Source: Rickettsiales bacterium (GTDB lineage Bacteria > Pseudomonadota > Alphaproteobacteria > Rickettsiales > UBA3002). From it: a stretch of DNA of 64,000 bases. A program made the translations under genes and the position numbers. The notes under the pieces were generated by a model, which searched no databases, was not told the origin of the DNA, and saw only the letters and a program-made list of their open reading frames with translations. This document shows positions 41,578-51,984 of the stretch, one piece after another (position 1 is the stretch's first letter; each line of letters begins with the position of its first letter). The stretch lies in contig CBDFGU010000009.1 of the NCBI GenBank assembly GCA_965247335.1, positions 851,243-915,242 on the forward strand, written 5' to 3'.

Positions 41578-42453
41578 TTATTTCCCGAGAAGTTCTTTCA
41601 TGGTCTTGCCCATATACCCCGGATTGTCACAGACCTTGATCCCGGCGCTCTTCATCGCCTCGATCTTGTCTTCCGCGCCACCCTTGCCGCCGGAAACGAT
41701 CGCGCCCGCATGGCCCATGCGGCGGCCCGGGGGCGCCGTACGGCCCGCGATGAAACCGACGACCGGTTTCTTGATTTTCGATTTCTTCAGGAACTCCGAC
41801 GCTTGTTCTTCCGCATCACCACCGATCTCGCCAATCATGATGATGGCATCCGTCTCATCGTCCTTCAGGAACATCTCGAGCACGTCCATATGGTTCGTGC
41901 CGTTCACCGGGTCGCCGCCGATGCCGACGCAGGACGATTGCCCGAGGCCGACGCCCGTCGTCTGGCCCACCGCTTCATAGGTTAGCGTGCCGGAGCGTGA
42001 CAGGATACCGATCCGACCTTTTTTATGAATATGTCCCGGCATGATGCCGATCTTGCACTCACCCGGCGTGATGACGCCCGGGCAGTTCGGCCCGACGAGG
42101 CGCGTCTTGCTGCCACCCAGTGCGCGCTTCACCTTCACCATGTCGAGCACCGGAATGCCTTCGGTAATGCAAATGGCGAGTTCGATCTGCGCGTCGATAG
42201 CTTCGAGGATCGCATCCGCCGCAAAGCGTGGCGGCACATAGATCACCGTCGCATTCGCCCCCGTCTTTTGTTTGGCTTCGTGCACGGTATTGAAGACCGG
42301 CAACTCAAGATGCTTGGTGCCACCCTTGCCCGGCGTCACGCCGCCGACCATCTGCGTGCCATAGGCGATAGCCTGTTCGGAGTGGTAGGTGCCTTCACGG
42401 CCGGTGAAGCCCTGACAGATGACTTTAGTATTTTTGTTAACGAGAATCGACAT
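41578..42453 (-). CDS. sucD: succinyl-CoA synthetase alpha subunit
   Basis: 291 aa. It has [18 protein letters not shown] and the phosphohistidine loop region GHAGAI. Confidence 0.94.
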   Translation of the reverse strand: MSILVNKNTKVICQGFTGREGTYHSEQAIAYGTQMVGGVTPGKGGTKHLELPVFNTVHEAKQKTGANATVIYVPPRFAADAILEAIDAQIELAICITEGIPVLDMVKVKRALGGSKTRLVGPNCPGVITPGECKIGIMPGHIHKKGRIGILSRSGTLTYEAVGQTTGVGLGQSSCVGIGGDPVNGTNHMDVLEMFLKDDETDAIIMIGEIGGDAEEQASEFLKKSKIKKPVVGFIAGRTAPPGRRMGHAGAIVSGGKGGAEDKIEAMKSAGIKVCDNPGYMGKTMKELLGK

Positions 42454-42495
42454 AGTTTACTCCTTTGCACATTCGCGGCCGCGCGAATGTGAATG

Positions 42496-43668
42496 TTACG
42501 CTGCTGCTTTTTTTACATTCGAGGTGATCTTGTCCGCCGCATCGGCCAGATCGTCCGCCGCCACGATGGCAAGGCCCGAGGTCGCGAGCATCTTCTTGCC
42601 CAGCTCCACGTTCGTACCGGCCAAACGCACCACCAGCGGTACATTCAGGCTGACTTCACGTGCGGCCGAAATGATGCCTTCCGCGATGATATCGCAACGC
42701 ATGATGCCACCAAAAATATTGACGAGGATGCCCTCGACATTCGGGTCGGAAAGGATGAGCTTGAAGGCCTCCGTCACCTTTTCCTTGCTCGCCCCACCGC
42801 CCACATCGAGGAAGTTGGCCGGCTCGCCGCCATAGAGCTTGATGATGTCCATCGTCGCCATCGCGAGCCCGGCACCGTTCACCATGCAACCGATATTGCC
42901 GTCCATCTTTACGTAGCTCAGGCCGAATTTCGCTGCCTGCAATTCCAACGGATCCTCTTCCGACTCATCGCGCATCTCGGCGATCTCCTGCTGACGGAAC
43001 AGCGCATTGTCGTCGAAATTAAACTTTGCATCGAGCGCGATCAGCTTGTTCTGCTTGGTGATGACCAACGGGTTGATCTCCACTTGCGACGCGTCCGTCT
43101 TCAGGAACGCATCGTAGAAACCGAACACCATTTTCTGGAATTCGGCATTCAATTCCGCCGGAATCTGCATGCCGAAGGCGAGCTTGCGCGCGTGGTAGGC
43201 TTGAATGCCCGCCGCCGGGTCGACCGGTACGGTGATGATCTTTTCCGGGTGCTTCGCTGCCACCTCCTCGATATCGACGCCGCCTTCCTTGCTGCCAATG
43301 AAAGTGATCGCCGAAAACGTGCGGTCGAGCACGACCGAGAGATACAGCTCGGAACCGATATCCGACCCTTCCTCGATATAGACGCGCTTCACTTCTTTCC
43401 CTTCCGGGCCGGTCTGGTGGGTGACCAGTGTCATCCCCAGCATTTCCTTGGTCAGGCGCTTCACTTCGTCGAGCGATTTGGCAAGCTTAACGCCGCCCGC
43501 TTTGCCGCGGCCGCCCGCATGAATTTGCGCTTTCACCACCCACAGCGTGCCGCCGAGGGATTGTGCCACCTGCTCGGCCTCGGCCGGGGTGTACGCCACG
43601 CCGCCGCGCGGCACGGCCACGCCGAATTTCGCGAGAACCGATTTCGCCTGATATTCATGAATGTTCAT
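42496..43668 (-). CDS. sucC: succinyl-CoA synthetase beta subunit
   Basis: 390 aa. It has the [20 protein letters not shown]-grasp N-terminus and [10 protein letters not shown]. Confidence 0.94.
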   Translation of the reverse strand: MNIHEYQAKSVLAKFGVAVPRGGVAYTPAEAEQVAQSLGGTLWVVKAQIHAGGRGKAGGVKLAKSLDEVKRLTKEMLGMTLVTHQTGPEGKEVKRVYIEEGSDIGSELYLSVVLDRTFSAITFIGSKEGGVDIEEVAAKHPEKIITVPVDPAAGIQAYHARKLAFGMQIPAELNAEFQKMVFGFYDAFLKTDASQVEINPLVITKQNKLIALDAKFNFDDNALFRQQEIAEMRDESEEDPLELQAAKFGLSYVKMDGNIGCMVNGAGLAMATMDIIKLYGGEPANFLDVGGGASKEKVTEAFKLILSDPNVEGILVNIFGGIMRCDIIAEGIISAAREVSLNVPLVVRLAGTNVELGKKMLATSGLAIVAADDLADAADKITSNVKKAAA

Positions 43669-43681
43669 TGGACTCCCACTC

Positions 43682-43942
43682 TTAAACGTTTCTACTGAAT
43701 GTTGTACTACGCGTACGCGGTTTGCAAACTATGTCGCCATCTTTCAATGCTTGCTCACCGAACAAATCGTTAAATATTTCAACCGCTGCATTTTTTGTTC
43801 TTTCTACCGCATCCATACCGGCTTCCTCAGGCGTAATTTCCAGTCGATACTCTTTCGACCCTTTGTCTGGAAAACGAACCATAACCTGCCCACCTAAGCC
43901 CCGCAGCTTTTCCTGCATTTGCTTGGCTTGTGCTTGATTCAT
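43682..43942 (-). CDS. hypothetical protein (86 aa) between mdh and sucC
   Basis: Its ATG directly abuts the mdh stop (TAA ATG), and its stop lies 13 nt before the sucC start. The region is visibly AT-richer than its flanks. No family was recognised. Confidence 0.45.
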   Translation of the reverse strand: MNQAQAKQMQEKLRGLGGQVMVRFPDKGSKEYRLEITPEEAGMDAVERTKNAAVEIFNDLFGEQALKDGDIVCKPRTRSTTFSRNV

Positions 43943-45016
<1,074 letters not shown>

Positions 45017-45154
45017 TTAGTCACCGCCTGTCATGAATACAGCACAGGGGTTAGGAAAGCGTTAATGCCAATCGAGCGCTGTTTTACGGTAAACTTATCG
45101 TTTCGTAGTGATTGAAGCATCGCAAACCTCTCACCCGGCAGGCAGGATACGTTA

Positions 45155-45625
45155 ATGAGCCAGACGACCGACATCGGTATCTACACATCGGCCCGCACTA
45201 TCTTTATCGTGTTGGCCGTGACCAGCGCTTTTGTCTTTGCCCCGCTGGCGGCAGTCGCCCTGGGCGTTGGCCCGGCTGGCGTCACGGCCGGTACGCAGGA
45301 GGGCCTTGCCGCTCCCGGCGCTCCCGGGGGTGTCATCAACACCACCACTGAGATGCGCGCAAGCAGCATGTCCGATAGCCACGATACCACCGCCGCAGAC
45401 GTTTCCAGCGGGAATGCAGCGAATGGCTACAATCATCAACATACCATGAAGCCACTTAGGAATTCCGATAACACCGCAGCGTCGACGAGCCGCACGAAGG
45501 CCGACACCTCCGCTGTCGATCTTGATAGCAACCTGTCGACTACCCCGGCACCGCTCGGCGTGAATAACAAATCCGACCTTGGCGTCGGGGTCGAATCCCG
45601 TATGCCCGGCGCGGCGGGCCGCTAG
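45155..45625 (+). CDS. hypothetical membrane-anchored low-complexity protein (156 aa)
   Basis: It has one N-terminal TM helix (IFIVLAVTSAFVFAPLAAVAL) followed by a Ser/Thr/Ala/Gly-rich tail. No family was recognised. Confidence 0.4.
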   Translation: MSQTTDIGIYTSARTIFIVLAVTSAFVFAPLAAVALGVGPAGVTAGTQEGLAAPGAPGGVINTTTEMRASSMSDSHDTTAADVSSGNAANGYNHQHTMKPLRNSDNTAASTSRTKADTSAVDLDSNLSTTPAPLGVNNKSDLGVGVESRMPGAAGR

Positions 45626-45700
45626 TTCACTTCTTTTCTAGCACTGATTTGTTCCGAATTCCCTAAATCCTAGCTAGCATCCGCCGCCTTAGTTCTGCAC

Positions 45701-45729
45701 GTCATTCCAGCGCAGGCAAGAATCGCTGG
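45701..45729. repeat. GTCATTCC-type hairpin repeat, copy 4
   Basis: The sequence is gtcattccagcgcaggcaagaatcgctgg, with a ccagcg/cgctgg stem. Confidence 0.5.
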
Positions 45730-45794
45730 CCGCAACTAAACATTTTTGCGAGTCCCCCTTCCCGGCCCCTCACCCCCATGCGATAGTCCTCGAT

Positions 45795-46021
45795 GCTGGG
45801 TGCTAGCGTAAGCGCTCCGTTCCTTGACGGGACATACTACGAAAACTTGCATGACAGGCGGGTCTCGCCAACGCTGAAACTTTCAGCGGCGGCGGAAGCT
45901 ACGGATAGGTGGATAAGCAATCCCCCGAGCAGTCCGCAGCGATGACCTGCCAAAAGGCCTGGGGAAGCGTAGGCTGATTCCATGTAAAACCGATTGCTTA
46001 CGCGAACGCCTGGCACCCAGC
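45795..46021. other. 227-bp element closed by long inverted termini: candidate structured ncRNA or MITE
   Basis: gctgggtgc (45795..45803) pairs with gcacccagc (46013..46021). gcgtaagc (45806..45813) pairs with gcttacgc (45996..46003). Internal hairpins include cgctgaaa/tttcagcg. It lies in a roughly 730-bp convergent gene-free gap. Confidence 0.3.
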
Positions 46022-46225
46022 ACCTCTACAAATTACGCAGTATCACGCATTAAAAACTTTACGCAACAAACCCATCTATGCACCCCCCCTGGCCCTACCT
46101 GCCATGCCGAAGCCTTGGCGAAGGCAGTTACCGGGCTCTGCGCATAAACTATATTCTTTTTGAAATAAACGCGGATGCCGTCATGCGACGGCATGGCAGC
46201 GCGTGTGGTACCGTCCGTAACAAGC

Positions 46226-46251
46226 GTCATCCCGAACTCGTTTCGGGATCC
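46226..46251. repeat. GTCATCCC-type hairpin repeat, copy 5
   Basis: The sequence is gtcatcccgaactcgtttcgggatcc, with a cccgaa/ttcggg stem, preceded by caagc as in copy 1. Confidence 0.5.
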
Positions 46252-46354
46252 ATCTTCTATCTTTCAGCAAAAACGACTGCGCTTTTGCGACGGACTTGCT
46301 CCGCGTAAAATGCAGGCTGCTAATTGCACTTCCAATCCTGATTACAAATGAAAT

Positions 46355-47614
46355 CTATTTATTCATCCGCGCGAAGAACTCGTCGTTCGATTTCGTATCC
46401 TTCATTTTGTCGAGCAGGAACTCCATCGCATCCATCGCGCCCATCGGGTTGAGGATCTTGCGCAGCATCCACACTTTCGCGAGATCGCCTTTTTCATACA
46501 GCAGGTCCTCTTTGCGCGTGCCGGATTTGGTGATGTCCATCGCCGGGAAGATGCGTTTGTCCGAGAGCTTGCGGTCGAGCACGATCTCGGAGTTGCCCGT
46601 CCCTTTGAATTCCTCAAAGATCACCTCATCCATCCGCGAACCCGTCTCGATCAATGCCGTCGAAATGATCGTCAGCGACCCGCCGAACTCGATGTTCCGC
46701 GCCGCCCCGAAGAAGCGTTTTGGGCGCTGCAAGGCGTTGGCATCGACACCCCCGGTCAACACTTTACCCGAGGACGGCACCACCGTGTTGTAGGCGCGGC
46801 CGAGGCGCGTAATCGAATCAAGCAGGATCACCACATCCTTCTTATGCTCCACCAATCGCTTGGCTTTCTCGATGACCATTTCCGCGAGCTGCACATGGCG
46901 GTTCGCCGGTTCATCGAACGTACTCGAGACCACTTCCGCTTTCACGCTACGCGCCATGTCCGTTACTTCCTCCGGGCGCTCATCGACCAGCAGCACGATC
47001 AGGTAGCATTCCGGATGATTCGTCGTGATCGCATGCGCGATGTTCTGCATCACCACCGTTTTGCCGGTGCGCGGCGGCGCCACAATCAATGTCCGCTGGC
47101 CCTTGCCCTGCGGCGCGATCAGGTCGATGACGCGCTTGGTCATCTCGTCCTTTTTCGTCGGGTCGACATATTCCATTTTGAGGCGCTCTTCCGGGTAGAG
47201 CGGCGTCAGGTTCTCGAAACCGAGGCGGTGGCGCAGGTTCTCAATGCCCTCGAAATTGACCAGCTTCACTTCCTGGATGGTGAAGTAGCGTTCCTCTCCC
47301 TTCGGCGCCCGCAGCACACCCTCGAGCGTATCGCCGGTGCGCAGGCCCAGCTTCTTGACGATCGCGGTCGGCACGTAGATATCGTCCGGCCCGGCGAGAT
47401 AGTTCGCCTCCGGGTAGCGCAGGAAACCGAAGCCGTCCTGCAGCACTTCGATGACCCCTTGGCCGGTGATTTCGGTGCCTTCCTCGGCCGCTTTCTTCAG
47501 CAGCGCGAAGACCATTTCCTGTTTAATGAGCGAGCTTGCATTCTCGATGCCAGCCTCTTCCGCCATATGGAGCAGCTCATTAGGTTTCTTGCGTTTCAGT
47601 TCTTGCAGTTTCAT
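46355..47614 (-). CDS. rho: transcription termination factor Rho
   Basis: The ATG at 47614 gives [27 protein letters not shown] (419 aa). It has an RNA-binding domain, Walker A PPRTGKT, and the C-terminal FFARMNK. The ORF extension to 47752 is not needed. Confidence 0.94.
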   Translation of the reverse strand: MKLQELKRKKPNELLHMAEEAGIENASSLIKQEMVFALLKKAAEEGTEITGQGVIEVLQDGFGFLRYPEANYLAGPDDIYVPTAIVKKLGLRTGDTLEGVLRAPKGEERYFTIQEVKLVNFEGIENLRHRLGFENLTPLYPEERLKMEYVDPTKKDEMTKRVIDLIAPQGKGQRTLIVAPPRTGKTVVMQNIAHAITTNHPECYLIVLLVDERPEEVTDMARSVKAEVVSSTFDEPANRHVQLAEMVIEKAKRLVEHKKDVVILLDSITRLGRAYNTVVPSSGKVLTGGVDANALQRPKRFFGAARNIEFGGSLTIISTALIETGSRMDEVIFEEFKGTGNSEIVLDRKLSDKRIFPAMDITKSGTRKEDLLYEKGDLAKVWMLRKILNPMGAMDAMEFLLDKMKDTKSNDEFFARMNK

Positions 47615-47745
47615 GGATAACTCTAAAAAAATAAGTGGGGAAAAGATGCGGCCATTTGTGAGAGTTGTGCTGTCGTAACAGCACGCGGCCTGCGTATCCC
47701 GAAGGACTCGGGATGGCATTAATTTAACGATTTTTGTAGACGTGT

Positions 47746-47791
47746 AAAGCAAAATCGAGGAACGGGCCGCTTGATGCGGTATCCGTTCCTC
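47746..47791 (-). terminator. rho-independent terminator after the 102-aa membrane protein gene
   Basis: A perfect 9-bp stem, gaggaacgg/ccgttcctc, is followed on the minus strand by gattttgcttt. Confidence 0.55.
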
Positions 47792-47799
47792 GAAAATGC

Positions 47800-48108
47800 T
47801 TAGGGAAGCTGCGTTATGGCCATTCCGAACTGCACAAACGCCGCTACCCCGCTATACCAGCACAGAGCATAAGCTACGAACTCTGTCTTTTTTGCATAGG
47901 GGGGAATATGTTGGTAAATAGAATAGATGATGGTCACCAACACCACTCCACTGATGAAATGGCTCCAGATGCTCCAGCCTTGCGTCAAATCGAGCGAAAG
48001 CCAGAGCGCGAGGATACCAGGAAGAATGCATCCAAGGGTAATCGATAACGTCCTGGCGAATGCCGTGACTTTACCGAAAGCCTTTTGTGCTTCTAAACTG
48101 ACGGACAT
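47800..48108 (-). CDS. hypothetical membrane protein (102 aa, about 3 TM helices)
   Basis: The ORF is in the track, with hydrophobic segments such as [15 protein letters not shown] and [13 protein letters not shown] terminator follows. No family was recognised. Confidence 0.45.
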   Translation of the reverse strand: MSVSLEAQKAFGKVTAFARTLSITLGCILPGILALWLSLDLTQGWSIWSHFISGVVLVTIIYSIYQHIPPYAKKTEFVAYALCWYSGVAAFVQFGMAITQLP

Positions 48109-48233
48109 GTTTTTTACTCCATGTCACAGTGACCGCGCAAAAAAAGATTTTCTGCAGAAGGACACAATGAACGACGCTGGCTTAACCACACCCGTGACAG
48201 CGCTGTGACGAATCGATGAAGGTTTAGTGACAG

Positions 48234-48686
48234 TCAGAACGGCTTCAATACGACAAGGAACACGATGGCGACAAAAATCACTGTAATCATCTCATTGATA
48301 ATCTTATAGGATTTTGGGCTTCTTGTGTTTGCATCCCGGCTGAATTTACGCACTGAGCTGCTCAGAAAGCCATGCAGTCCCGTCATTATCAGCACCAGCC
48401 CGACCTTCGCCATCAGCCAATGCGCAGGGTTCTCCGGCGAGCCATAACCCGTCACCAGTACCAGCAAAATGCCGAACAACCACGTCGACAGCATCGCCGG
48501 TACGATGATGGCCTTGAGCAGGCGCCGCTCCATCACCTTGAAAAGATTGCTCTCCGCCGAGCCCTTTTTCACGCCAGCATGGTACGCCAGCAGCCGCGGC
48601 AAATAGAACATGCCTGCCATCCACGCCGTCATGCTGACAAGATGCATCGCTTTGAAGATGGGGTAATAAGCCGGGTTTAGTTGCAT
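48234..48686 (-). CDS. hemJ: protoporphyrinogen IX oxidase HemJ (UPF0093/CopD-like)
   Basis: 150 aa. It has FKAMHLVSMTAWMAGMFYLPRLLAYHA, the characteristic HemJ N-terminal motif. Its start overlaps the hemH stop by 1 nt. Confidence 0.8.
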   Translation of the reverse strand: MQLNPAYYPIFKAMHLVSMTAWMAGMFYLPRLLAYHAGVKKGSAESNLFKVMERRLLKAIIVPAMLSTWLFGILLVLVTGYGSPENPAHWLMAKVGLVLIMTGLHGFLSSSVRKFSRDANTRSPKSYKIINEMITVIFVAIVFLVVLKPF

Positions 48687-49750
48687 CAGGCGCTCCGTAG
48701 GTTGCAGGGACAGCCGCTCCAGCGAGCGTCGCAGCGACGCGTGCCCGTGTCAGCAGCGAGGCTCGCCTCCGCGGTGAGATTCAAGCAGATATCCGACAAG
48801 GCCGCAATGAAATGCGCCTGTGTCGATAAGGTCGGCACGCGGTAATAATGGTTCACCCCGTTCTCGTGCGCCAGATCGGCATATTCGATATCGAGCTCGA
48901 CCAGCGTCTCCGAATGTTCCGACACGAATGCGATCGGCACGAGCACCACCGGCTTCTTCTCATACCCGGCCCGCAGCAATTCGTCGCTCGTCGACGGGCC
49001 GATCCATTTCATCGGCCCCACCCGGCTTTGGTAGCAATTGACGAAATCGACCTCCGCGATGCCCAGCTCCCTAAGGATAGCCCGGGTGGAGTCTTCCACC
49101 TGCGACTGGTATGGGTCACCTTTCCTGATGATCTTTTCCGGCAGCCCATGCGCCGAGAACAGGATGCGCGGCTCACCGAAACGTTTTGCTTCTTCATAAT
49201 AGGTACGAATGAGCAACGAATGTGCCGTGATGAATTCACCGTGAGTCGGATAACAGCACACTTTACTTGTCGGTACATCAAGGCTTGCTGCACGCGCTGC
49301 ACGATCCCAGTTCATGAAACTCGAACCCGTCGTCGTCGTCGAGAATTGGGGATAGAGCGGCAATACAATGATATGATCCGGCCCGTACGATTTCACCTCG
49401 TGCGCCGTTTGCTCCGCGAATGGATGCCAGTAGCGCATCGCCATGAAGACCTTCACTTCACCATGCCCAGCGAGGCTCGCCTCGAGCGCTCTGGCCTGCG
49501 CCTCAGTATTTTCGACGATCGGCGACTTGCCACCCAGCTCATCATAAATCGCCTTGGCCGTCGCCTCGCGCCGCCGCGAAATGAACGCCGCCAGCATGCG
49601 GCGAAACGGATTCGGCAGCCCGATGATCGCCGGGTCATTGAAGAGATTGAACAGGAACGGCCGCACCGCCTCGGTGCTATCTGGCCCACCGAGATTCACC
49701 AGCACAATGGCCGTTTTCCGTTGCGGCGAAATGGCTTTCAGCGCCGCCAT
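48686..49750 (-). CDS. hemH: ferrochelatase
   Basis: 354 aa. It has AIVLVNLGGPDS, LPLYPQFSTTTTGS and VSEHSETL. The C-terminal tail carries CDARWSGCPC. Confidence 0.92.
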   Translation of the reverse strand: MAALKAISPQRKTAIVLVNLGGPDSTEAVRPFLFNLFNDPAIIGLPNPFRRMLAAFISRRREATAKAIYDELGGKSPIVENTEAQARALEASLAGHGEVKVFMAMRYWHPFAEQTAHEVKSYGPDHIIVLPLYPQFSTTTTGSSFMNWDRAARAASLDVPTSKVCCYPTHGEFITAHSLLIRTYYEEAKRFGEPRILFSAHGLPEKIIRKGDPYQSQVEDSTRAILRELGIAEVDFVNCYQSRVGPMKWIGPSTSDELLRAGYEKKPVVLVPIAFVSEHSETLVELDIEYADLAHENGVNHYYRVPTLSTQAHFIAALSDICLNLTAEASLAADTGTRRCDARWSGCPCNLRSA

Positions 49751-50775
49751 GATTGTACCGCGTTCGCCACCGCCATGACGTTTTCAATAGGTGTGCTGGG
49801 AATAAATCCATGCCCCAGATTAAAAACGCTAGGCGTCATTTTCATTTTAGAAAGAATCGCTTCGGTGGCAGCAACAGCGCCTGCCTTGTCCGAAGCAATC
49901 AGCAGCGGATCAAGATTGCCCTGCACCGCCTGCTTGGCATTGGCCCGCTGCGCAATCGCGAATTGCATCGGCGTATGCTGATCGACCCCGATACAGTTCA
50001 CCCCCGTCTGTTGCGCATAATCGGCAAGGTTTTGCCCCGCCCCTTTCGCAAAACCAATGATCGGCACGCTAGCGTGTTTTTCTTTAATCAATCTGATCAA
50101 CTTCACCGTCGGCTTGGTGACCCATCGCGCGAATTGCTCTGGTGTCAGCAGCCCCGCCCAGCTATCGAAAATCTGGATCGCTTCTGCTCCCGCCTCGATC
50201 TGCATCGAAAGGTACTCCGCCGTCGCGGCTACGAGCCGATCGATGAGTTTTTCCATGAGTGCTGGCTGTTGTAGCGCGAACAGCCGCGCCGCCTCGAATT
50301 CCTTACCCGATTTCCCTTGCAGCATGTAGCACGCCACTGTCCACGGTGCTCCCGCAAACCCAATGAGCGCAACGCCATCGGGCAAATCTTTTTTTACCCG
50401 TTTGACCGTTTCGGCAATGGGTGCCAGTTTGCCGGGGATGTCGGAAAGGTCCAGTTTCTCGATGGTGTCCTGCGAAGTGGTCAACCCCACCCGCGGACCT
50501 TCGCCCTCGACGAATTTTACCTCGACGCCCATCGCATACGGAATCACCAGAATGTCCGAGAACAGAATCGCCGCGTCCATCCCGAACCGCCGCAACGGTT
50601 GCAACGTCACTTCCGCCGCCTTGCTCGGCGTGAAGCATAAATCCAAAAATCCACTCGTCGTCGCCCTTACCTCGCGGTATTCCGGCAGGAAGCGTCCCGC
50701 CTGTCGCATAAACCAAAACGGCACCCTCGGGGTCACGTTACCTTTTAATGCTTCAATGAGAAGTTTGTCTGTCAT
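49738..50775 (-). CDS. hemE: uroporphyrinogen decarboxylase
   Basis: The ATG at 50775 gives MTDKLLIEALKGNVTPRVPFWFMRQAGRFLPEY (345 aa). Its 3' end overlaps the hemH start by 13 nt. Confidence 0.93.
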   Translation of the reverse strand: MTDKLLIEALKGNVTPRVPFWFMRQAGRFLPEYREVRATTSGFLDLCFTPSKAAEVTLQPLRRFGMDAAILFSDILVIPYAMGVEVKFVEGEGPRVGLTTSQDTIEKLDLSDIPGKLAPIAETVKRVKKDLPDGVALIGFAGAPWTVACYMLQGKSGKEFEAARLFALQQPALMEKLIDRLVAATAEYLSMQIEAGAEAIQIFDSWAGLLTPEQFARWVTKPTVKLIRLIKEKHASVPIIGFAKGAGQNLADYAQQTGVNCIGVDQHTPMQFAIAQRANAKQAVQGNLDPLLIASDKAGAVAATEAILSKMKMTPSVFNLGHGFIPSTPIENVMAVANAVQSWRR

Positions 50776-51147
50776 GCAAAACGAGTTATCCCGTTTCCTT
50801 CTAATACTAAATAAGAATAATGTTTTTTTAATGTAGTAGATAGATGGGAGGCCTGCTTGCGGGGATTCAGGAACCATACAGACCCATTCATGATTTATCC
50901 GGTGAACAGCTTAAAACCGTTTATCTGGGATAAGTCAGTTCATGAAGGCTAAAACTCTTTGAAATAAGCCTCACCGGCACGGTGTGAAAAATGGGGGTAA
51001 GTAGGATTTACACAGAATACCGTTCGGGCATCGATTTTTTATTCGCGCGTGGGCGAAGCTGTGAGGAACGCCACAGACGATGCTGGCAACTTTCGACATG
51101 CACCGATATAGGGTGGATATGACCATGACCATCCACAGCTTATCCCG
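50776..51147. other. candidate chromosomal replication origin (oriC) in the hemE / DUF299 spacer
   Basis: The 372-bp divergent spacer has an AT-rich block at about 50796..50845. DnaA-box-like 7/9 matches are ggtggatat (51112..51120, reverse orientation) and ccatccaca (51129..51137). TTATCC-core motifs lie at 50786, 50895, 50921/50927 and 51140. The synteny hemE | DUF299-aroE-coaE-dnaQ is conserved, and gene orientation flips here. Confidence 0.5.
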
Positions 51148-51981
51148 ATGAAGAAGTTTCACTTGCATCTCGTGTCGGATTCGACAGGCGAGACAGTCTC
51201 TTCTGTCGCCCGTGCGTCCCTGGCCCAGTTCGACGACGTGGATGCCGAAGAACATGTCTGGTCGCTGGTGCGCACGCAAGGTCAGCTCGAAAAAATGATC
51301 GCGAGCCTTGATACCTATCCCGGCATCGTCATGTTTACTTTGGTCGATAACGCTATGCGCGAACAATTGCGCCAAGCCTGCGGCAAGCGCGGCCTACCCT
51401 GTATTCCAGTCCTCGGGCATGTCATCCGTGAGATGGGCAATTACCTCCACGTTGAAGCCAGCGGCCATACCGGTGCCCAGTACGAACTCAGCGAAGATTA
51501 TTTCGCTCGTATTGATGCGATTAACTATGCCTTGGAACATGATGACGGGCAGGCTACCTGGGAACTCGAGAATGCCGACATTGTCATCGTCGGCCCATCG
51601 CGCACCAGTAAATCGCCGACCTGTGTCTATCTTGCCTATCGCGGCTACAAGGCGGCGAACGTGCCCTATGTCCCCAATATCGCCTTGCCGGACAATATCA
51701 CTGGGTTGAAACAGCCCTTAATGGTTGGCCTTACTATTTCCGGTGACCGCCTGATCGAAATCCGCACCACGCGCTTGGCCGCGATGAATCAGGATATGCA
51801 GACGGATTATGTGAACGAGGAAAAAGTGAATGACGAGATTGACAGCGCAAAGAAGCTCTTCCGTCAGCAAAGTTGGCCGGTGATCGACGTAACGCGCCGC
51901 TCAGTCGAGGAGACAGCGACCCTCATCATCCAGTACCGTCAACGCCAGATCGAAAAACGCCGTGCAGCTGCAGGAGCTTGA
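51148..51981 (+). CDS. DUF299 kinase/pyrophosphorylase (pyruvate phosphate dikinase / PEP synthase regulatory protein family)
   Basis: 277 aa. It has MKKFHLHLVSDSTGETV and a P-loop-like GPSRTSKSPT. Confidence 0.85.
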   Translation: MKKFHLHLVSDSTGETVSSVARASLAQFDDVDAEEHVWSLVRTQGQLEKMIASLDTYPGIVMFTLVDNAMREQLRQACGKRGLPCIPVLGHVIREMGNYLHVEASGHTGAQYELSEDYFARIDAINYALEHDDGQATWELENADIVIVGPSRTSKSPTCVYLAYRGYKAANVPYVPNIALPDNITGLKQPLMVGLTISGDRLIEIRTTRLAAMNQDMQTDYVNEEKVNDEIDSAKKLFRQQSWPVIDVTRRSVEETATLIIQYRQRQIEKRRAAAGA

Positions 51982-51984
51982 ACC

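Noticed and set aside
45795-46021. The element considered as tmRNA, 6S, SRP or RNase P RNA. One frame reads ANAETFSGGGSYG-stop, which is superficially tag-like.
   Set aside because: It has no tRNA-like T-arm (GGTTCGA-type) or CCA end. The tag does not end in the usual hydrophobic Ala-Ala. It has no SRP domain IV or RNase P conserved blocks. It is kept only as an unclassified structured element or MITE.
50776-51147. Strong claims for CtrA (TTAA-N7-TTAA) sites and consensus DnaA boxes in the candidate origin.
   Set aside because: Only one near-match to the CtrA motif is present (ATAA-N7-TTAA), and the DnaA-box matches are 7/9 at best. The origin call therefore rests mainly on synteny and the strand switch, and it is reported with moderate confidence.
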